The notes under the pieces are model-generated. The model was given only the letters and a program-made list of their open reading frames with translations. It made no database searches and was not told the DNA's origin. A stretch of DNA of 57,854 bases, filler included, from Malacoraja senta (lineage: Eukaryota), in NCBI GenBank assembly GCA_038087875.1. It is 3 parts of 3 records of this genome, joined end to end, with 100 filler letters (N's around TTAATTAATTAA, not from the genome) between each part and the next. Parts side by side here need not be neighbours in the genome. Positions count along the whole stretch, not along the records: positions 40,761 to 57,854 come from JAXLNO010001395.1; 2 more parts are not named here. One strand, written 5' to 3'. Below, one piece after another: positions 53,301 to 57,854 of this stretch (positions within the stretch are counted from its first letter, which is position 1; every line of letters begins with the position of its first letter). Position numbers and translations under genes: made by a program.

Positions 53301-54550
53301 ACCAGTCCCAGCTCGTGACAAGCCTTAACACCCAGCAGGGATGGCACATTTTCACGAACAATATAGAAACTCAGGCTGTGGACACGTGAGTCAAGACAGC
53401 ATTGTAACTCGACTTGACCGATAGGATGCACTGGACCTCCTGCAAATGAAAGAAGGGAGGCAGCCGTAGGATTGATAGTCTCTGTTTTTCGTATTTTCTT
53501 CAATTCAGATAAAGACATCACATTACACTGAGCACCTGTGTTGATTCTCAGAAAAAAACTCTTGCCATTAACGAGCAAAACAACCTTGGGATCTTGAAGT
53601 TTATGAGGCAAGTCAGACAGGGAATGTACATCCATATCAAGATCCTCGTTAGCAGACAGCAAGTCCGTAGGAGCCGTTTGAGAGCGCCCAGAGTCCATGT
53701 TCCCATGGTCGAGTGAATTGACAGATTGTCTTGTTGCTATGTGAGCGGCAGTATCGGAAAAAATGGTTGCGTTTTTTAACAGAAGTGACAAAGCTTTCCA
53801 TAAGCCGGGCAACGGTCACGGACAGCAACATGCGAACCCCTACAATTAAAACAATTGTTTATGAGTTTAACGGCAGACCTGTCGGGCACTTGAGGAAATT
53901 GGCGAGAAGCTTGATAAAGTGTGCTGGCAACATTAACATCGTGGGCAGAGTGGGGGCCATGTCCCAAGATTTTAGCATGAGCATCAGCCATTTTAGCAAT
54001 GCGACAGCAGTTTTCAGCAGTCTCCAGAGTGAGTTCAGTATCGCGTAGCAGCTCATCACATAATTTATCATTGAGAATACCATAGACCAGACGGTCACGA
54101 ACTAGGCTGTCACATAAATCGCCAAAGGCACATCTACTGGCAATGTGTTTCAAAGTACTAACGTATGTTTCAACAGGTTCGCCATGTCTTTGGCCGCGAA
54201 AAAAATATGTCTCTCCATTACTAGATTAGTACATAACTCACATAACTGTCGAAATTTGTTTAGCAGGCAGTCGGAGTACAGATGGACTCAGCGGGAGCAA
54301 TCTGGACACAAGCCAGATCAAATCTAGCTGGTTCATAATGAAATCTTCTGGCACGCCGAGCAGCTTCTGTGCCCGCTAGGTTGAGGATAATAGAGGCACG
54401 AACATCTGGAGCAGCAGCCGGGTGAGCCGCGTGTATATAAATGTTGAAATCTTCTTCAAATATGCGCCACCGGTTGGCAAGGTCTTCATCAAACACCAAA
54501 GGTTCTGATTTTCTGAGAGAAGAGGCCATGGTAAAACATATACTGGACAA
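50359..54550 (-). pseudogene. Gypsy gag-pol (PR-RT-RNaseH-IN order), disrupted
   Basis: gag with CxxC (CFNCRGSH, CHFC); PR site degenerate (RINTGAQ); RT (RICINP, DAKSSFWQIPL, PFGISSA, VVDDILV); RNaseH (LTCDAS, YAQIQKE); IN (VDSYS, SDNG, PQSNGLAERAV). PPT aagagggagga at 50359-50369. Confidence 0.9.
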
Positions 54551-54602
54551 AACCCCCCCCTAAAATAAATGCAATAGAATTAGGCAAGGAGTGAGTCCGA
54601 GT

Positions 54603-54614
54603 CTTCTGACACCA
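54603..54614 (-). promoter_or_regulatory. Primer-binding site, tRNA-Leu type
   Basis: tggtgtcagaag immediately after the 5' LTR; complementary to the vertebrate tRNA-Leu(CAA) 3' end (..CUUCUGACACCA). Confidence 0.7.
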
Positions 54615-55979
54615 TGTTGGATTGACATAACTCACACACAGTGATTAGGATCCAAAGACTTTTATTCGCAATTCAGCATAGGTAACTTCATCTTAACATA
54701 CAGCTCATGACTGAGAGAGAAAGGGACAAAGGCTTTCTATTAAACCTGTGGGCGGAGCCACAGTATGACTCATAACATGAGCGACACTGATCTACAGTAA
54801 CTGACTTTTAGTAGGGGGGGGGGAGTGTAAGGGAGGAAGAGTGGGGGAAGGAGTGGTTGTCGAAGTTACCTAAAATTAGAGAATTCAATGTTCATACCGA
54901 TGGGTAGTAAGATACAGAAGCAGAATATGGGATGCTGTTCCGCCAATTTACGTGTGGCCACACTCTGGTAACAGAGGAGGCCCAGGACAGAAAGGTCAAT
55001 GAGGGAATGGGAAGGGGTGTTAAAATAGTTAGCATCCGTGAGACCCAGTATGTAAGTGTTCAGAGAAACGGTCGCTGAATCTACGCTTGGTCTCACCAAT
55101 GTACAAGAGCCCACATCGGGAACATGATTACCTTCTGTAATTTGTTTCACAGAATAATTTGAAACATTAGAGTTGCACACTTTGTTCATCATCCTTGTGA
55201 TATTTTATTATTCAAGGCTGACTATTGAAAAGTTTCTTCCACATGTCTGACTCTTTATGCTGTAGTCGCAACTGAGTTGGTGACCTTCAAAAACGTACAT
55301 TCTTTGTGAAATCCCTTGTTAAAAGAAGAGGGAAACTTTTATGACATGTCTGCAGTTAACGCAGAGAGAGAGAGAGAGGGAGATTCCTTGTATTAAGAAA
55401 TATGTTTTGATTTAAAAGTAAAGATGATAGCTTGCCCAAGAATTTACAGTTCACTTCCTTAAACCCCTGTCTCACGGTGCGAGCTGACCCACGAGGTACC
55501 CTGAGCTTAAAACAAATTTAACTCGTGTTAATCACGTACGATTAACGTAGCGGGAACGTCGGAACTCGTGGACGCAACTTAGCGACTCTTGGCGCTAACG
55601 GCAGGTACCCGTGACACTTGATAACTCTTGGAAAAATTCAAACATGTTTAAACTTTTCCACGAGTAAAATGTACTCTTGAGGTTAAAAATTGAAACATTT
55701 AAACACGTTGTAAGAACGTAGTGGCCCGTGCGTTTGCCTTAGTGACTCGTGAGTCTACCGTGGGAACTCTTTAACTCAGCGGGCAGGCAGCATCTCTGGA
55801 GAGAAGGAATGGGTGATGGGATGACATATCCAAATGGGGGGAGTGGGGGGTTGGAGGAGGGAGGGGGGGTGGAGGAGAGAGGGTGGAGAGTGGAGGGAGA
55901 GGAGGGGGAGACAGATGGGGGTGTCTTCATTCACTAGCGGCGGGTGCCGGTCACTGAAACAGGCAGGTGAGATTTCACA

Positions 55980-56680
55980 TCCACCTTGTGTGTGTGTGTC
56001 TCTCTCTCCCTCTCACACAGGCTGAGAGACTCTGCCTCTGTGAGTGTACGTCTCTTTGTCCCCCTCTCCCACACACAGTAAGACTGAGGTAAGTCCGTCT
56101 GTGTAAGTCCATCTGTGTCTCCCACATACACAGTAAAACTCTGCTTTGTGTGTATATACGTCTCCCCCCATTTCTCTCTTTCTCCCCCCCGCCACCTCTC
56201 TCTTTCTCCCCCCCACCTCTCTCTGTCTCCCCCACACACAATAAGACCGATGTATTCTGCTTAGTTTCACTTCCCTCCCACACACAAAGATAGACCGTCC
56301 TGTGCGCTCTTTCTCTCTCCCCCACAGTCACGCTGAAGTACACCACACTGCCTCTGTGCCTCTCTCTCTCTGTCTCTCTCCCCCTCTCTCCTTCATATAC
56401 AGTCAGAGGTCCACACTGTCTCTGTGTCTCTCTCTCCCCTACACACACACACAGAGACTGAGGTACACACTGCCCGTTGTGTTTGTGTGTGTGCCTCTGT
56501 CTCTCTCTCCCACACACACAGTTAAAGGTACTCCACGCTGCCTGTGTGTGTGTGTCTCTCTCTCTCTCTGTCCCACCCCCCACACCCACACACAGTCAGT
56601 CAGTCAGTCAGAGGAACTCCACACTGTGTGTGTGTGTGTGTGTGTGTGCGCCTCTGTCTCTCCCTATCACAGTCAGAGTG
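55980..56680. repeat. Mixed (TG)/(CT)/(CA) microsatellite-like array
   Basis: Direct reading; similar CA-rich tracts at 18980-19100 and 57700-57854. Confidence 0.85.
56263..56274 (+). promoter_or_regulatory. ISRE/IRF-E-like motif
   Basis: agtttcacttcc, close to the class I-type ISRE AGTTTCACTTCT, about 600 bp upstream of the leader ATG. A short motif that can occur by chance. Confidence 0.35.
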
Positions 56681-56866
56681 AGGTACTCCCCCCGCAGTCT
56701 CTCCACGGCCTCTCCTCGGGCAGGGCGCATCTGCCTCCCTCAGGCTGCCCAGGCAGTCAGACATGACTCCGGTGGCGGGCACCATGCACAGCTCCTGCCG
56801 GCCGGCTGGGAGCGGCGACGGAGGACAGAGGGAAGTTGGCCACCAGCGGGGCAGTCTCGGCTCTCC

Positions 56867-56918
56867 ATGCAGTCCGAATCTCGCTGGATCCTCGTAATCC
56901 TCTGCCTCTGTCAAATGG
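56867..56918 (+). CDS. Putative signal-peptide (leader) exon of an unidentified secreted or membrane protein
   Basis: ATG in a CpG-rich patch; MQSESRWILVILCLCQM-G; 52 nt ending in phase 1 at a strong donor G|gtgagt, the architecture typical of MHC and Ig-superfamily first exons. Confidence 0.55.
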
Positions 56919-57854
56919 GTGAGTTTAACCTGAACCCCCACCCCCCCAACCTCCCTCCACCTCAACTCACGCCTGGGCACCAAAGCAGCTCAGGAGGCGA
57001 ACCCTGAGCTCCGTCTCCCAACAATCTGATGTGCGCATCCGTGCACATTCAAAGATATCATCTCCAGTCTCCCCGCAGTGTGTAGACCTGGCAGTAAATT
57101 CAATTAAAATATAGCAAACCTCCGCCTGCTGGTCTTCTAACTACGTGATGTGTGTTTCAAACAAATCATCAGTATAACTGCTCTGGCACTGGACGGTGCG
57201 CATTTTCCCTTTGTAGGTCACATCAATAGATGCGGCCGCGCTGAATTCTATCTTTAACTCAAAGCCGCAGGATGGAGATGTTGCTTATTAAAACAGACCT
57301 TCATTGAAGGTTGGCTCAAGAGTAACTCGGGAAAGGAACTTGTTAACTCGGGAGACGAACTTGGAACATCGCAGAAATGACAATTAACGGCAAACTTGAG
57401 TCATACCCGTGGGAACTCGGTTTAACTCTTGATCATACACTTGGAATCTCGTGCACAACCACGAGTCTTTCGCTCGGGGTACCTCGTGGGTCAACTCGCA
57501 CTGTGAGACAGGGCTTTAATTCCTTACACTGTTTGGCTTTAACATTTTGTGTGTTTTCTTTGTCATCAGTTCTACACATTCCATAAATTATTTTACATTT
57601 ATATTATTACTAGACTAAGTAGGACCCGTTGGGTCCCAGCTTCACACGGGAGGGCTGGTCCCCCAACGCAATATTCCACCTTCCACCAATTCCAATATAC
57701 ACACAGACTCACATACACACACACACCCATGCACACACACTGACACACTCACACACATACTGACACCCTGCACCTCACCCACACATACACTCACTCACAC
57801 ACACACACACACTCACTCACTCACACACACACACATACACTCATACGCACACAT

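Larger units (their letters stand above)
43254..54796 (-). mobile_element. Ty3/Gypsy LTR retrotransposon (decayed), inserted in a Penelope-like remnant
   Basis: TG..CA LTRs 54615-54796 and 43254-43323 + 50249-50358; 5-bp TSD gtaac (43249-43253, 54797-54801); host Penelope pieces at about 43045-43253 and 54797-55115. Confidence 0.92.
55463..57515. mobile_element. Long-TIR MITE-like arms (TTAA-flanked) bracketing 1.5 kb of promoter/leader-exon sequence
   Basis: About 45-bp TIRs acccctgtctcacggtgcgagctgacccacgaggtaccctgagc vs revcomp agccctgtctcacagtgcgagttgacccacgaggtaccccgagc; ttaa at 55459-55462 and 57516-57519; aactcg-rich arms at about 55463-55780 and 57320-57515. Confidence 0.6.

Noticed and set aside
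57217-57260. Good acceptor (ttttccctttgtag) 300 bp after the leader exon as exon 2
   Set aside because: The in-phase reading (GHINRCGRAEFYL*) stops after 13 codons; not an extracellular domain exon.

Overview
Repeat-dense vertebrate DNA, most likely from a cartilaginous fish (inferred from HE1/V-SINE-like SINEs, CR1, Penelope-like, Rex1/Babar, L1, L2, Vingi-like and hAT repeats). It consists of three contigs joined by two identical 100-bp spacers (44 N + TTAATTAATTAA + 44 N), so order and orientation across them are unproven. The host genes are fragments of divergent, non-classical MHC class I-like gene(s): an intact 276-bp alpha-2 exon on the minus strand (13323-13598), an alpha-3 Ig-C1 exon (25337-25603, +) and a TM exon (28278-28385, +). 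All three have canonical phase-1 splice sites and would splice in frame. A separate phase-1 signal-peptide exon (56867-56918, +) of an unidentified gene has an ISRE-like motif upstream. About 2.9 kb of intron next to alpha-2/alpha-3 is present twice in inverted orientation (5965-12478 vs 21189-24100), diverged by several percent and by L1 and hAT insertions. Notable mobile DNA: (1) a 2.0-2.5 kb composite non-autonomous TIR element with 5-bp TSDs, in three copies, carrying SINE and Penelope cargo including a hammerhead-ribozyme-like motif; (2) a TSD-flanked Gypsy element whose 3' LTR is split by a 5'-inverted Rex1/Babar LINE, forming a four-level nest; (3) a second 5'-inverted LINE (Vingi-like); (4) a full-length decayed Buster/Charlie-type hAT with a probable spliced leader. 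No alpha-1 exon was found. Most short ORFs in the ORF track are repeat-derived or spurious. All alignments were done by eye; no database searches were run.
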